DNA from: Octopus sinensis
Taxonomy: Eukaryota
Length of the DNA: 64,000 nt
Reading direction: 5' to 3'
Assembly (NCBI RefSeq): GCF_006345805.1
Contig: NC_043002.1
Coordinates: 6,758,001-6,822,000 of the forward strand
Under the pieces are notes generated by a model. That model was not told the DNA's origin. It searched no databases and saw only the letters and a program-made list of their open reading frames with translations. Below are positions 13,043 to 26,275 of this stretch, one piece after another. Position numbers and translations under genes: made by a program. Every line of letters starts with the position of its first letter. Within the stretch, counting starts at the first letter, position 1.

Positions 13043-13080
13043 GCTTTTACGTTTCGAGCAAAGCTCTTCATCAGAGGAAA
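13043..13080 (-). ncRNA. Degenerate hammerhead-like motif in a small (TA)n-adjacent repeat (12931-13110)
   Basis: Minus strand reads CTGATGA A GAGC TTT GCTC GAAA CG TA AAAG; stem I pairs poorly; related copy at 43953-43994. Confidence 0.45.
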
Positions 13081-13274
13081 AAAAAAGAAGAATCGACAGT
13101 GATCCACATGTGGTATACATACATATACATACATGCATATACATGCACACATACACACATACACAGACATAGTGAGAAAAAGATACAGAAAATAGTTACT
13201 ACATACCACTATCATAAAAGAATCTTTAAGATGGTGTGTTAGCGCGCAATATGTTGTGTGTGCGCGCATATGTT

Positions 13275-13311
<37 letters not shown>

Positions 13312-13897
13312 GTTTGTATGTATGTTTATATGCAAATGTACGTCATGTGTAAGTGCGTGTTTATGTGAGAGGGTTTGTGTGTGCGTGGGTTTCTTTGTGT
13401 GTATGTATTTTCACATTCACAAATGCATGATCATTTGTATTTTTCTGTATTCCTTTTACCGTCTTTCTTTTTCCTTCTTTCTTCTCTTTCCTCCGCATTG
13501 TCCCCAACCTCTACACCTCTTCCTGCCGCCTTCTCTCTCTTTCATTTATATCACTGCTTTCTTTGACAATCTGTCAATCAATTGATCCTAATTACTGCCA
13601 CGTCAGTTTTATTTATCCTGCTCTGATGTCTACACAACACTGCACTGCTGACATCCCATCCTATCCGCCGCTCCATTGTCGGCAGCAACTTGTTCTTAGA
13701 TGTGAAAACGCATCAGTAACCATCAACAAGCTATTACCGATGCCGCCTCCACCTCCACCTCCTCCTCCTCCTCAGCACTAAACCACTTCTCACGTCACCA
13801 TTACGACAAAGAAAAGAAAAGAAAATAAACAAAAAAAAAGAAAATAGCTGACGGCAACAGCAGCAACAGCAACAAATTGTAACCATGGTATCAGCAA

Positions 13898-14172
13898 AAT
13901 CATCATCAGCAACAACATTATCATCACCGTCGTCATCGTCAACGTCTTCATCATCATCATCATCATCATCATCATCGTCATCACCATCGTCATCACCATC
14001 ATCATCATCTTCATTATCATGATCATCATGATCATCATGATCATCATCATCATCACCATCATCAACATCACGATCACCATCATCATCTTCATCATCATCA
14101 TCACCATCATCACCCTCATCATCATCATCATAATCATCACCCTCATCATCATCGACATCATCATCATCATCG

Positions 14173-14214
<42 letters not shown>

Positions 14215-14338
14215 ACATCATCATCACCATCATGATCATCATGATCATGATCATCATCCTCATCATCACCATCATCATCACCATCATCACCCTCATCATC
14301 ATCACCATCAACATAATCATCACCCTCATCATCATCAA

Positions 14339-14385
<47 letters not shown>

Positions 14386-14397
14386 CCATCATCATCA
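13898..14397. repeat. Degenerate (CAT)n trinucleotide repeat, ~500 bp
   Basis: Direct reading; source of the poly-D/M/I ORFs. Confidence 0.95.
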
Positions 14398-14552
14398 GAC
14401 GTGGTAGTCGCCATCGCCGTCGCCACGTGCCTCTTCCAACTCATCCGTCGTTGTCATCATCACCAATAGAGTAAAAAAAATGCCGAATCAACTCGGAGTA
14501 AGCCACGCGGTTGTCGGTGTTTAGCCCAGTGTCAAACTTGAACGATTAAATA

Positions 14553-15802
14553 TTAGGTATTCTGACGTGAAATGTCGCATTTGAAAAAAGGAAACATTAA
14601 AATTGTTTTTTAAATTTTATAATATTTATTTATTTAATGAAAATATGATCCTTGTTCATTTATGACTTCCATCCAACGTTCCTCTAAGACATATATTCCA
14701 TCTTCAATGAATTTGTCATCTTTTACACTGATTAACTGTTCGAATGCTTCAATTACCTCTTCTTTATTTAAGGATGTTTTATTGCGTATAGCAAGCTCGT
14801 AGTGTTTAAATATGTGATAAGCAGTAGGAGAGATAAGGGGGATATGCCAAAATTTCATAATTCAGGCTTTGCAACTTGTGGACCGTAGCTTGAGAAGTGT
14901 GAGGCCGGGCATTATAATGAAGCAAAACTGGGCCATTTCTATTCACTAATCTGGGGTACTTCTTTTTCTAATTTTTCATGCATACAATCAATTTCCTGAC
15001 AATAGAATGTTGCTGTTACAGTTTTTCCTTGTTGCAAAAATGAATAATGAATAACCCCGTTTGTTGACCACAATACAGTGACCATCAACCTTTTAGGGTA
15101 CGATGTTGGCTTTGGGTTATGTTTTGGGGACTCTCCTGCATCTAACCACTGTCCTGTCTTCCTGCTGTTATCAAAGAGTACCCATTTCTCACCACACGTA
15201 ATGAGTCGATACAAAAATGCTTCTCTTTCCAATCGAGAAATCAACACGGAACGTAAGGCGTCTGTTTCTTTGAATCTCATTAAGTTGATGGAGGAAAAAA
15301 CCTATCCATCTTTTTGACTTTTCCAATTTTCTTCAAATGCCGAGAGTTGCGGGAGATGTCTGGATCTCTGATCCGATTTTTCGGATCGTTGTTCTCGGAT
15401 TTCGTTTAACCAAAGCATTCAATTCATCATGCCGAATAACTGATTTTGGTCTCCCTCTGGGTTCATTTTTAAGGGTTTCATTTCCTGAACGAAATCTTTG
15501 GAACCATCTCTGAACAGTTCTAATATCAACAGAATCGTTGCCAAAAGTCTGCTTGATGTTTCGTAGAGCTTCAGTGGCCGAGTGACCCAACTTGTATTCG
15601 TAGAAGAAAATCACTCGGTATTGTTCGGTTGTCAACATTGTCTTAAGAACTGTGGGTAGCAATTTTGAATAATAGTATTGTCTAGAAAGAAAACAAGAGT
15701 TAAGAGTAAACACAAGCATATAGATAGAAACTCATTAAAAATCCATTTATAGATGACTCATAAGAAACCCATTTAAAATACATTTCATGTGAGACAACCT
15801 AA
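14553..15802 (-). mobile_element. Full-length (~1.25 kb) defective mariner transposon
   Basis: Imperfect TIRs TTAGGTATTCTGACGTGAAATGT and (reverse complement) TTAGGTTGTCTCACATGAAATGT, with a TA TSD at 14551-14552 and 15803-15804; contains transposase remnants. Confidence 0.92.
14634..15638 (-). pseudogene. Mariner (D,D34D) transposase pseudogene, Hsmar1/cecropia-like, frameshifted
   Basis: HTH YEYKLGHSATEALRNIKQTFG..RTVQRWFQRFRSG; ITCGEKWVLFDN; LMVTVLWSTNGVIHYSFL; LLHYNARPH; SPTAYHIF; split over several frames. Confidence 0.92.
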
Positions 15803-15804
15803 TA

Positions 15805-16128
15805 TAATAATCAAGCGTATCCTAGGTGTTGCCAGGGTCACATTTTTAGCAAATGGATTATTTTCTTTAAACTGTAAGGTGTGATGTGCGCGAGACTTAG
15901 CTACTATTTCTAGCATCTCGAATGACCACGAATAGGATCACCTGCTGGTTCGCCGCTACGTGGTCGCTCGTTCTGCTAAGTATAGCTGCCAAATCACCTT
16001 GAGATTTCACCCTAGGAAAATTATTAGAGAAAAGATCCAGGATCCATTGTAACCCAGGAAAGTGGAAATGGTCTTAGCTGGAACGCTTTTCTTCAGAGTT
16101 AACCAACGGCTACACAAAGCAACAACAA
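15805..16128. mobile_element. Palindromic (foldback) non-autonomous element hosting the mariner; its left end is ~14508-14550
   Basis: TAGCTACTATTTCTAGCA..GACCACG faces CGTGGTC..TGCTAAGTATAGCTG; dispersed arms of the same family lie at ~4540-4735, 35935-36010, 45850-46030, 48370-48630 and 50090-50165. Confidence 0.6.
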
Positions 16129-16157
16129 TGGAGCTATATATATGTGGTTGCTTATAA

Positions 16158-16499
16158 GGCGGCGAGCTGGCAGAAACGTTAGTATGCCGGGCGAAATGCT
16201 TAGCGGTATTATCGAATCCTAAAGTATGAAAGGTAAAGTCGACCCAGGCGGAATTTGAACTCAGAACGTAGCGACGGGCGAAATGCCTATTTCTTTACTA
16301 CCCACAAGGGGACAAACAAGGACAGACAAATGGATTAAGTCGATTATATCGACCCCAGTGCGTAACTGGTACTTATTTATCGACCCCGAAAGGATGAAAG
16401 GCAAAGTCGACTTCGGCGGAATTTGAACTCAGAACGTAACGGCAGACGAAATACCGCGAAGCATTTCACCCGGCGTGCTAACGTCTCTGCCAGCTCACC
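16158..16499. mobile_element. Composite SINE A cluster (plus-strand head fragment, then a minus-strand tandem dimer)
   Basis: Family A motifs in both orientations; dimer junction at ~16286. Confidence 0.85.
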
Positions 16500-16905
16500 T
16501 GTTCTTCGAAGAATACCTTGTGGTATTTGTTGTAGCTCTATACGTTTGGAATTCATATCCCTCCAAGGTCAACCTTGCAATACAGCCTCATCGGAGTCGA
16601 TAAAATCTGTATCAGACATGTACTGGAATCGGTAACATCGAATAAAATTCTCCCCTCATAAGTTGCTGGCCTTGTGCCTAAATCACAGACCTTTATTATT
16701 AGCAAAGGTTGTGGGAGGAAGAAACTATGTGGTGTTCAGGACCCAAAAGGACAAGAACAGCAGCAACAACAACAAAGTCATCCTAAAATAAAAACAAAGA
16801 TGACGAAAATAGTGTTTCTCTGACCTTTCCAAAGATCCGCTCCGTTTCACTCAACAAACTCTTCCTTATCCATCTCCCCCCTACTCTTACCTCTAACGTA
16901 CCAGT

Positions 16906-16993
16906 TTGCTGCTGCCTCTCCTCCTCCTCCTCCTCCTCCTACTACTACTACTACTACTACTACTTGTTCTTCTTCTTCTTCTTGTTCTTCTTC

Positions 16994-17025
<32 letters not shown>

Positions 17026-17037
17026 CTTCTTCTTCTT

Positions 17038-17080
<43 letters not shown>

Positions 17081-17110
17081 GCCCAATGCTACTGCTGTTG
17101 CTGCTGCTGG
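16906..17110. repeat. Compound (CCT)(CTA)(CTT)(CTG) trinucleotide repeat
   Basis: Direct reading. Confidence 0.95.
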
Positions 17111-17355
17111 TTCTACTTTATAGCCGCATAATCGCATCACACGATTGTATATGCACACGTACAGACATGCACACATATGTATATATACACAAGCCTACAT
17201 ACACGTAGAAATTGATATTATTTTTTCGTTCTCAGCCTCCTGTGCCACACACTCTATTCACCAGCTTTCAACCATATTTGTTTTTATAGTTCTCTCTCTC
17301 TCTCTCTCTCTTTCTCTCCCATACATAATATAAATATCTGTGTGTGTATATATAC

Positions 17356-17655
17356 AGTGGTCCTCCGTCGCTTACGACGACGCAGTTTCCAGTTGACCCG
17401 ATCAACAGAACAGCTGCTCGTGAAATTAACGTGCAAGTGGCTGAGCACTCCACAGACATGCGTACCCTGAACGTAATTCTCGGGGAACTTCAGCGTAACA
17501 CAGAATGTGACAAGGATGGCTCTTTGAAATACAGGTACAACCTCATTTTTGCCAGCTGAATGAACTGGACCAAGGTAAAATAAAGTCTCTTGCCACCGTG
17601 AATAAAACTCGCGATCTTACGAGCATGAGCCGATACCCTAATCCACGCGCTTTCA
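17356..17655 (-). mobile_element. SINE family D (tRNA head + CORE-like segment), degenerate
   Basis: Shares CAGCTGA.TGAACTGGA.CAA.GT.AAATAAAGT.TCTTGC with 22288-22448 and 52335-52665. Confidence 0.7.
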
Positions 17656-17680
17656 TCTGTGCATATAGAAATATATATGT

Positions 17681-17748
<68 letters not shown>

Positions 17749-17788
17749 GTGTGTGTGTGTGGTGTGTGTGTATGTGTGTGTGTGTGTG

Positions 17789-17827
<39 letters not shown>

Positions 17828-18858
17828 GAGGGGGAGTTAGTGCATGCGTGTGCGTGTACCTTTTTGTGGGGTACTGGATCGATCTAATATCGGGTTGGTT
17901 TCATTAAAATACAATATCTCCTCAGTAAACACATTGCGTTCTCCTTTTCTTCATAGAAAATTCTTCATAGAAATTTCTTCATAGAAAATTCTAGGAGTAT
18001 ATAGAAATTTGTACATTTTTGCGATTATACCTATTCATCTTGGCGCTTGGAGCTATTTTAAATTTTATATATATAAAAAATGTATTATTTTTGAAAGTCT
18101 TTGTTCTAACTTAGTATTTCATGTAGATTTCAGAAGCACGCAAGTACAATGAATATCAAAAACGAGGCTGTTTGAAGATTGGCGGATTTATCTGCTTCGA
18201 AAGATATAAAGGGACTTTTCCTTTATATCCCTGTCGGAAAATACAATTAGTTCAGAAAATGTAATTTCATTATTTTCTATAAAAAAACAGTCTTTTGTCA
18301 TAAATTTTAAGTGAAGTTGGGTCTTCAAAATTTGTCAATGTTACATCTCATGTGCTTTTGAATTCTAATATAATGAAATCTAGAGTACAAACAACTTGAG
18401 CGTAGAAATGTGTCTTATTAATAATCCTTTCTACTAAAGGCAAAAGGCCTGAGAGTTTGTAGGAAGTGACCTGTCGATTACTTCGACCCCAGTGCTCAAG
18501 TCGTACTTATTTTATCGAACCCGAAAGGACGAACAGCAAAGCCGACCTCAACGGAATTTTAACTCTAAAGGTGAAGGCGGACGAAATACTGCAAATCATT
18601 TTGTCCGACGATGATTCACGCTTATATACGAAAAGAAATTTCTAGTGTAGGACGATGGGAGAATTATATATAAATATATATAAATTTCATTTAGGTTCAC
18701 CTTGGAGTTTCCTCTGTTGAGTGCCCACAACAAATAGATTTTATGCATGAATGTTAGAAATCTATCTTCATGTATCACTGGTTGTTTGTTGCAATGAACA
18801 TGGTATCGATTTTTCGATGAAACAATTACACTACAATGTTACTCTTGGACATACTAGG

Positions 18859-18916
<58 letters not shown>

Positions 18917-18930
18917 TATATATATACGTT

Positions 18931-19236
18931 TAAAATTTGTTGTGCAAGATTTTATGTGAAGTCGTGTGTTGAAACAGATATTGTTGTATTTAGGAATGGT
19001 CATTTTGCCAGTTTAGCCAATAAAAACACACGCACTATATATTTGGTGTTACTTTGAAAATAAGTAAGAAGAAAACAAAGGACCACTGATGCGGTCACAG
19101 GAGTATGACGAAAGAACTCTGGCCGAAATAAAATTAAGATTAATGTAAAAAATAAATAACACTGAAGCAAAGTAACACCAAATATATAGTGCGTGTGTTT
19201 TTATTGGCTAAACTGGCAAAATGACCATTCCTAAAT

Positions 19237-19246
<10 letters not shown>
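18931..19246 (+). mobile_element. Penelope-like non-autonomous remnant: inverted partial LTR + tail, with a hammerhead-like motif at 19080-19124
   Basis: Perfect 79-bp inverted repeat 18978-19056/19168-19246, a ~45-nt unpaired extension, and (TA)n on both sides; second copy at 38880-39270. Confidence 0.7.
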
Positions 19247-19306
<60 letters not shown>

Positions 19307-19314
19307 CATATATA

Positions 19315-19475
19315 TACGACGGGCTTCTTTCAGTTTCCGTCTACCAAATCCACTCACAATGCTTTGGTCGGCCCGAGGCTATAGTAGAAGACCCAAAGTG
19401 CCACGCAATGGGACCGAGCCTGAACCATGTGGTTGGTAAGCAAGCTATTCACCACACAGCTACTCCTGCGCCTAT
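19315..19475 (-). mobile_element. SINE family B, 5' half
   Basis: Family B motifs. Confidence 0.85.
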
Positions 19476-19841
19476 ATGTACACAAAATGTGACCGTTACG
19501 CAGTCAGACAACCCATGAGAAATATCAAACTATTCATGTTAAAGTCATAGCGTACTCTCAGAATGTAAAAAAATTTATGGGACACCTACTTGATTTGGAG
19601 TCAAAACTGACGGCAACGCCATGTCATATTGGCCTTGTGAAAAATTTTACTGCATTGAGATTGCATATAAATCTGCATGGATCAGAAGCACGCTATGTGC
19701 TAGGTACATATGTGATTAGCTTAATTGAATATCCTGCATATGCATATAAAATTTGGCACTAGGCCAGAAATTGCAGGTGAGGGGTAAGACTATTACATCG
19801 GCTCCGATGTACAACTGGGGCCAATATTAGCTGTTTGATTA

Positions 19842-20390
19842 AGGCGGCGTGCTGGCAGAATCATTAATGCGCTGAGCAAAAGGCTTAACAACATTTCGTC
19901 TGTTTTGCGTTCTCAGTTCAAATTCCGCAGAGGTTGACTTCACGTTTTATACTTTCGGGGTCGATAAAATAAGTACCAGTTAACTACTGGGGTTGATGTA
20001 ATCGACTTAGCCTCCCCCCCCCCCAAATGCAGGTTTTGTGCCAATAGTAGAAAGGACTATTAGTTGCTTGGTTAAGGCGCGGTGAGCTGGCAGAATCGTG
20101 TTAGCATACCCGACAAAATGCTTAGCAGCATTTTGTCCGTCCTTACATTCTGAGTTCAAATTCAGCGGTGACAGACTTTGCGTTACATCTTTTCCGGGCC
20201 GATAAAATAAGTACCAGTTAAGCACTGGGGATTGATATAATTGACTTACTTTCTCACTGCTGGGGTCGACTTTGTTTTTCATCCCTTTCGGGATTGATAA
20301 AGTAAGTACTAGTCGAGCACTGGGATCGATGTAATCGACTTAGCCACTTCCCCGAAAATGCTGGCCTTGTGCCGAAATTTGAAACTAGCA
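19842..20390 (+). mobile_element. Older SINE A-related copies in tandem
   Basis: GGCGGCGTGCTGGCAGAA and GCGGTGAGCTGGCAGAA heads, TTTCGGGGTCGATAAAATAAGTACCAG core, alternative tail GGCCTTGTGCCGAAATTTGAAAC. Confidence 0.8.
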
Positions 20391-21019
20391 AAAATCGAAA
20401 CTGAGTAGTCAGATTTGTAAGTTTGAATCACGGTATAACAACACTTTGTTCATATGAGAGGCTATACCTCACATGACGAATCCCTCTAGAAGGCTCTAGA
20501 ACATTTCCCATAATAAGGGTAATAACTGGCCATGTTTTTAGCGCCGGTTTCGCAGAGAGTCGGAGACGTCCGGGCGGAATGATGTCTCTACTCTTGTCAA
20601 GCCTGTCTGCTCATAGACCGACCGATTCATTCCCTCGCTGTTTTAAATATTCGTTCTTAAAGCTATTACTCAACCTAGTAAACCGCAACCACAGATATAC
20701 GACATGAACCGAGTGTACCTTTTTTTTTCTCGCCTGTCTTGGCAAGCTTAATTACAGAGTCTTTATGATCATATAATATTTCTGAAAAGCTTTATAATAT
20801 TTCTGTAAAGCTACAGAAATATTCTTTCTATTGTGTCAACTTAGTTGTGGCAATTTCTAATTCATGACCAACATAAAAATGTATTTGTGCGGTGAAGTAA
20901 AAGTTACGATTAATTGTTCGCGAGGTGTTGTTGCACAATTTACGCGCAGCCACACGCAAACCCACTCTTGACAAAACCAATATCAGTTGCTTGGTTACCG
21001 TTAAATTTGGTGGAAATAA

Positions 21020-21053
<34 letters not shown>

Positions 21054-22287
21054 ATACACATACACGCACACACACGCACAGACACACAAATATATACACA
21101 AATACATATATATAAATACAACCCACATGTATTTATATACACATATACATACCCCCACCAAATATATACACACACACCGTGTATGTATGTATATTATACA
21201 TATTCCAAAATATATGCATTTTGAATAATTTTGAGTACCTTTGAACGTGCCTGCGCGTTTGTGTGTGTGTTTATGCGTTGTGTGTGTGTGTGTGTGTGTG
21301 TGTGTGTCTAAGAGAGAGAGAGGTAGAGGGAGAGAAACAGAGAGACAGAGAAGCAGAGAAACAGACAGACAGACAGAGAGAGAGATAGAAATATATTTCA
21401 TAGAGTCCAAAGAAGTTTCAATTTTTCCATATAGGAATTATGACGTCATAATGTCTGTGACGTTTCTCCGACGCTTTTCTCTAAAAAACTTTCAGTTGAA
21501 AGACTAGTGCAAAATATAAGTCGTATTCGCTTTGTTTTGTTTTTTTTTCGGAGTTTTTTGGGGTTGGTTTATGTATCTGTGAGTTCTTAAGCACCCTCTG
21601 TAACATGTGGTTTTGTACCATAACATAGATGCAATCTGTACAGTGGGGTTACGGTAACCGTATGAAATTTGAAGCAGACAATTTCATTGCAGGAACCTCG
21701 GGATTTCAACAAGAAAGATATACTTCACTCATTCATGCAGTATAACTTGTTGTAATTCAATGACCATAAAAATTATGAATACAGGATAACGGCTACAATA
21801 TATTAGCAGATTATAGCTACAAACATGGTAAGTGTTTTAATTATAAGTACATTTCTTTCTATTAAAATGTTCAAGATTCTTTAGAAAATATTTCTATAAT
21901 AAAGCCAAACAGATTCTTCTTTTGATGTTCGATATACTGTACCTATCACTCGTCTCGAAAAGACAATGACCACGTACAACTTTAGCTTCACGTATGTGTG
22001 TTTAGGATTCTGTATATGTATGCAACTGTGCGTGTATGTATGTGTGTGGGTATTTATTTGTCTACGTGCGCTTGTATAACACATGCACACACACACACAC
22101 ACACACACAAATCTTATTTATCTGCAAAAGGCGCTTAAGAATCTTCCGGAGTGAACTCCCAAAATTTCTTAAGTTAGAAGATTCTTTAGTTAGATATCGG
22201 AAGAGTAATCGTTCAATCCCACTTAAATCGCAACCCAATACATCGATGCACATGAGACATCCGTCTCGGGCGATGATCTTATGGATA

Positions 22288-22448
22288 CGCCAAAGCCGAT
22301 ACTGCTTGGCACCAATCACTCATTTCAACAGCTGAGTGAACTGGAGCAACGTGAAATAAAATGTCCTGCTCAAGAACACATTATACAGTCCGGTCCGGGA
22401 ATCGAACTCACTGTCTCATGATTGTGAGCCCAGCACCCTACCCACTAA
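22288..22448 (-). mobile_element. SINE family D, partial
   Basis: GGGAATCGAACTCAC tRNA-like end; CORE-like segment. Confidence 0.7.
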
Positions 22449-22479
22449 ACAATATATATATATATATGCACACACACAC

Positions 22480-22596
<117 letters not shown>

Positions 22597-22601
22597 AACA
22601 T

Positions 22602-22935
22602 ATGGCATCTTGGGCAAGTGTCTTCTGCTATAGCCCCAGGCCGACCAATGCCTTGTGAGTGGATTTGGTAGACGGAAACTGAAAGAAGCCTGTCGTATAT
22701 ATGTATATATATATGTGTGTTTGTGTGTCTGTGTTTGTCCCCCTAGCATTGCTTGACAACCAATGCTGGTGTGTTTACGTCCCCCGTCACTTAGCGGTTC
22801 GGCAAAAGAGACCGATAGAATAAGTACTGGGCTTACAATGAATAAGTCCCGGGGTCGATTTGCTCGACTAAAGGCGGTCTCCAGCATGCCGCAGTCAAAT
22901 GACTGAAACAAGTAAAAGATAAAAGAAAAAAGAAA
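22602..22935 (+). mobile_element. SINE family B, 5'-truncated, embedded in (TA)n
   Basis: Family B motifs. Confidence 0.88.
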
Positions 22936-22939
22936 AAAA

Positions 22940-23144
22940 GATATATATATATATATATAATATATATATATATACATATATATATATATTTATATATATA
23001 TATATATGTATATAATACACACATATATATATAATATATATATATATATATACATACATATATATATATATATTTATATATATATATGTATATATACATA
23101 TACATATATAAATATATATATATATATACACACACGCACATATA

Positions 23145-23192
<48 letters not shown>

Positions 23193-23260
23193 ATAGATAT
23201 ATATATATATACATATATATGCATATATATATACATGTATAATATTTATATACATACATT

Positions 23261-23295
<35 letters not shown>
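22940..23295. repeat. Long degenerate (TA)n/(TG)n microsatellite
   Basis: Direct reading. Confidence 0.95.
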
Positions 23296-24158
23296 ACATG
23301 AAAGCGAGAGATGACGGGGATTGATAGAGTAAACGGGGTGGGGAGAGCCAGTGTGGATGGGGGTAGAAATGAAATAAAATATATAATGTATTGTTGGACT
23401 GAGACAATAAAAAATATCTTCCCCTTCCCACAAATTTATTTATTTCTTATGTATTTATTTATTTATTTATCAATTTATTTATCTATTTATTTATTACTTC
23501 TGTCTGAAATCTGATAGAACACAGGATTCACAATTCCTGGTGGGTGGTGGTGGCCCCTCCCCTGGTTTCATATTTGTTTTCACCCGTACCCCGCACCAAC
23601 GCATCAATGAACCGGGATCTAAGTGTCCGTAAAAGTTCAAAGACACGCGTCCAAAGACACTTTTGTGCACTGTAAACCCCGCCTAAGACCGAGAGTGGCA
23701 GGAAGAGAATATAAAAGCGACACACAGCATTATAACACATGCGCACTCAAAACAGAATGACTTGTTGGGTTCAGCACCTGACGCCTTCCTCCCTCCTTCC
23801 CTCTCTCTCACTCTCTCTATTACCTCTCTGTTCCCTCTCCCTCACTCTCTCTATCACCTCTCTGTTTTCCTCTCCCTCTCTCCCTCTCTCCCCCTCTTTT
23901 ACACGCGCACGGCTCTTGTCTTTTCTATATACACTATTCTGGCTCTGTTCTTCATTTTTCTGTATCTCTCTCTCTGTATCTCTCTCTCTCACTCTTTTTT
24001 TTTATCTTATCTTTTATATGTTGACATTATTGCCAAGTTTCTTATGGTTTGTCCCTTTCTTTCTCTCTGTTCCTCTCTCTAACCCTCTCTAAACACCTCT
24101 AGCACAGATACACATATAGATATATATGCATAGATGATATATATATATATATAATATT

Positions 24159-24202
<44 letters not shown>

Positions 24203-24302
24203 CTACATATATATATATATATGTGTGTATACATATATATAAGTGTGTGTGTGTGTGTGTATACATATATATATATGTATACATACACACACACGCACGC
24301 AC

Positions 24303-24341
<39 letters not shown>

Positions 24342-24603
24342 GTTACATATATAAAAATATGAGTGTGTGTGTTTATGTATGTATATATGTATTTACATAT
24401 GTATATTTCGATATGCATTTGCTGTTTCAGACCTGTTGAGACATATAATATGCTTGTACGCAGGCAACGACGGTAACTAAATAGATTTCTGCCCGGACTC
24501 CATCACCCCAGAAAACACTCCACATTATAGTCGCCCTCCATCCCCATCTCAGCAGCATTAACACCTCACTCATATATATATAATGTGTGTGTGTGTGTGT
24601 GTG

Positions 24604-24703
24604 NNNNNNNNNNNNNNNNNNNNNNNNNNNNNNNNNNNNNNNNNNNNNNNNNNNNNNNNNNNNNNNNNNNNNNNNNNNNNNNNNNNNNNNNNNNNNNNNN
24701 NNN
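24604..24703. other. Assembly gap (100 N)
   Basis: N run of a standard placeholder size. Confidence 0.99.
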
Positions 24704-24737
24704 AGTAGTTTAATAGTATTAATTATAAAAACGACTC

Positions 24738-24840
24738 TGAGTTTAAATTCGATATTGTCGAATTTTCTTATTGTCTTCAAATTACTCTTGAGTTTAAATT
24801 CGATATTGTCGAATTTTCTTATTGTCTTCAAATTACTCTT
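24738..24840. repeat. Perfect 51-bp tandem duplication
   Basis: TGAGTTTAAATTCGATATTGTCGAATTTTCTTATTGTCTTCAAATTACTCT at 24738 and 24789. Confidence 0.9.
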
Positions 24841-25534
24841 AATCAAAGACTGAAATTCTCTAAGACATAAAACAATATAGATATGAAGGATCTACTCGTC
24901 CTTTGAGAGAACAGACTCAGAGTTGTAATTGTTGTCAGCACGGAGTTATTTGACAGCTCAGAGAAATGCGATGATGAGTAATCTAAATGTATACTCGACA
25001 TATACTGAGTAAAAAATTATCACTACAAACTTCGGTTTATTTGGAGATAATAATTTGGCTGTATTCCAACAAGTCGGTGAACATTTTTGTCTATTTCTTG
25101 GAAATGCCTCATTAATAACTTCAGATATATCGACCTAAGTCATTGTCACTGTCTAAATTTCTTTAATGTTACCCCTAACTTTCCAACAAATGAACAGGAA
25201 CTTATAGCAAACCTAATTCAAAACTCATATGAAATATAGACATCCTTAGTTTTCAAAAATACTGATAGTGGTAGAAATAACTTCAAACTGTAGTAAGATA
25301 AAATGAGAAGTTTCTGCTTGTGGGTATTATTGTGTTGCCTCCATGGGAGGCTATAGCATGCATGGTGTAGCTGACCTTGTAATCCGTTTATCTCGTTTAC
25401 CACGACACTGTCAGAATGTCAGTTACCTACTCACATCTCATGTTTTTTACAGGGGTTTGGCCTTGGCAGTCTCACGTATTATGAACGGCCACACCAAGGA
25501 TAGATTCATAAATGATCTGATATGCTTTTCTTTT

Positions 25535-25737
25535 AGTCTTTTATTCTTTTACTTGTTTCAGTAAATTGACTGCGGCCATGCTGGAGCACCGCCTTTACGC
25601 GAACAAATCGACCCCATGACTTATTCTTTGTTAGCCTAGTACTTATTCTATCGGTCTCTTTTGCCGAACCGCTAAGTTAAGGAGACGTGAACACACCAGC
25701 ATCGGTTGTTTATGCTGGTGTGTTTACAAACAAACAA

Positions 25738-25810
<73 letters not shown>

Positions 25811-26164
25811 TTATGATGGGCTTCTTTCAGTTTCCGTCTACCAAATCCACTCACAAGGCTTTGGTCGGCTCGAGGCTATAGTAGAAGACACTTACCCAAG
25901 GTGCCACGCTATGGAACTGAACCCGGAACTGTGTGGTTTGTAAGCAAGCTACTTTATTTCATTTAATTGGCTATAAAAGCCGTACATAGAGGTCGTAGCT
26001 GCGGGCTGGACAAGGACACAATGATGATGGAATGAAAGAAATTGTTGGTGGAAGAAACAAACAACGCCCGCCAATTGTTGCATTCTCGAAAACATTGTTC
26101 TCTTTTTTTTTCTAAACAACAATACAAAATGAGGTATTAATCCTCACACAGCCACTCCTGCGCT
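25535..26164 (-). mobile_element. SINE family B split by a ~190-bp insertion (25954-26143)
   Basis: ...AAGCAAGCTACTT resumes as CACACAGCCACTCCTGCGC at ~26144. Confidence 0.8.
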
Positions 26165-26275
26165 TAACTTATTCAAGGTGTCTACATTAAATATAATGAT
26201 TTCGGCCAACCTAACAATGCCTAATTCTTTGATATTGCATTAGATCGTAGTACACGTAAACACATACTTTAAAAG

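Noticed and set aside
13734-14474. Poly-Asp/Met/Ile ORFs
   Set aside because: These are translations of a (CAT)n microsatellite.
16847-17208. Poly-Leu/Glu/Val ORFs
   Set aside because: These are translations of compound trinucleotide repeats.
24738-24840. Biological significance of the 51-bp duplication
   Set aside because: It lies ~35 bp from a contig end, so an assembly artefact cannot be excluded.
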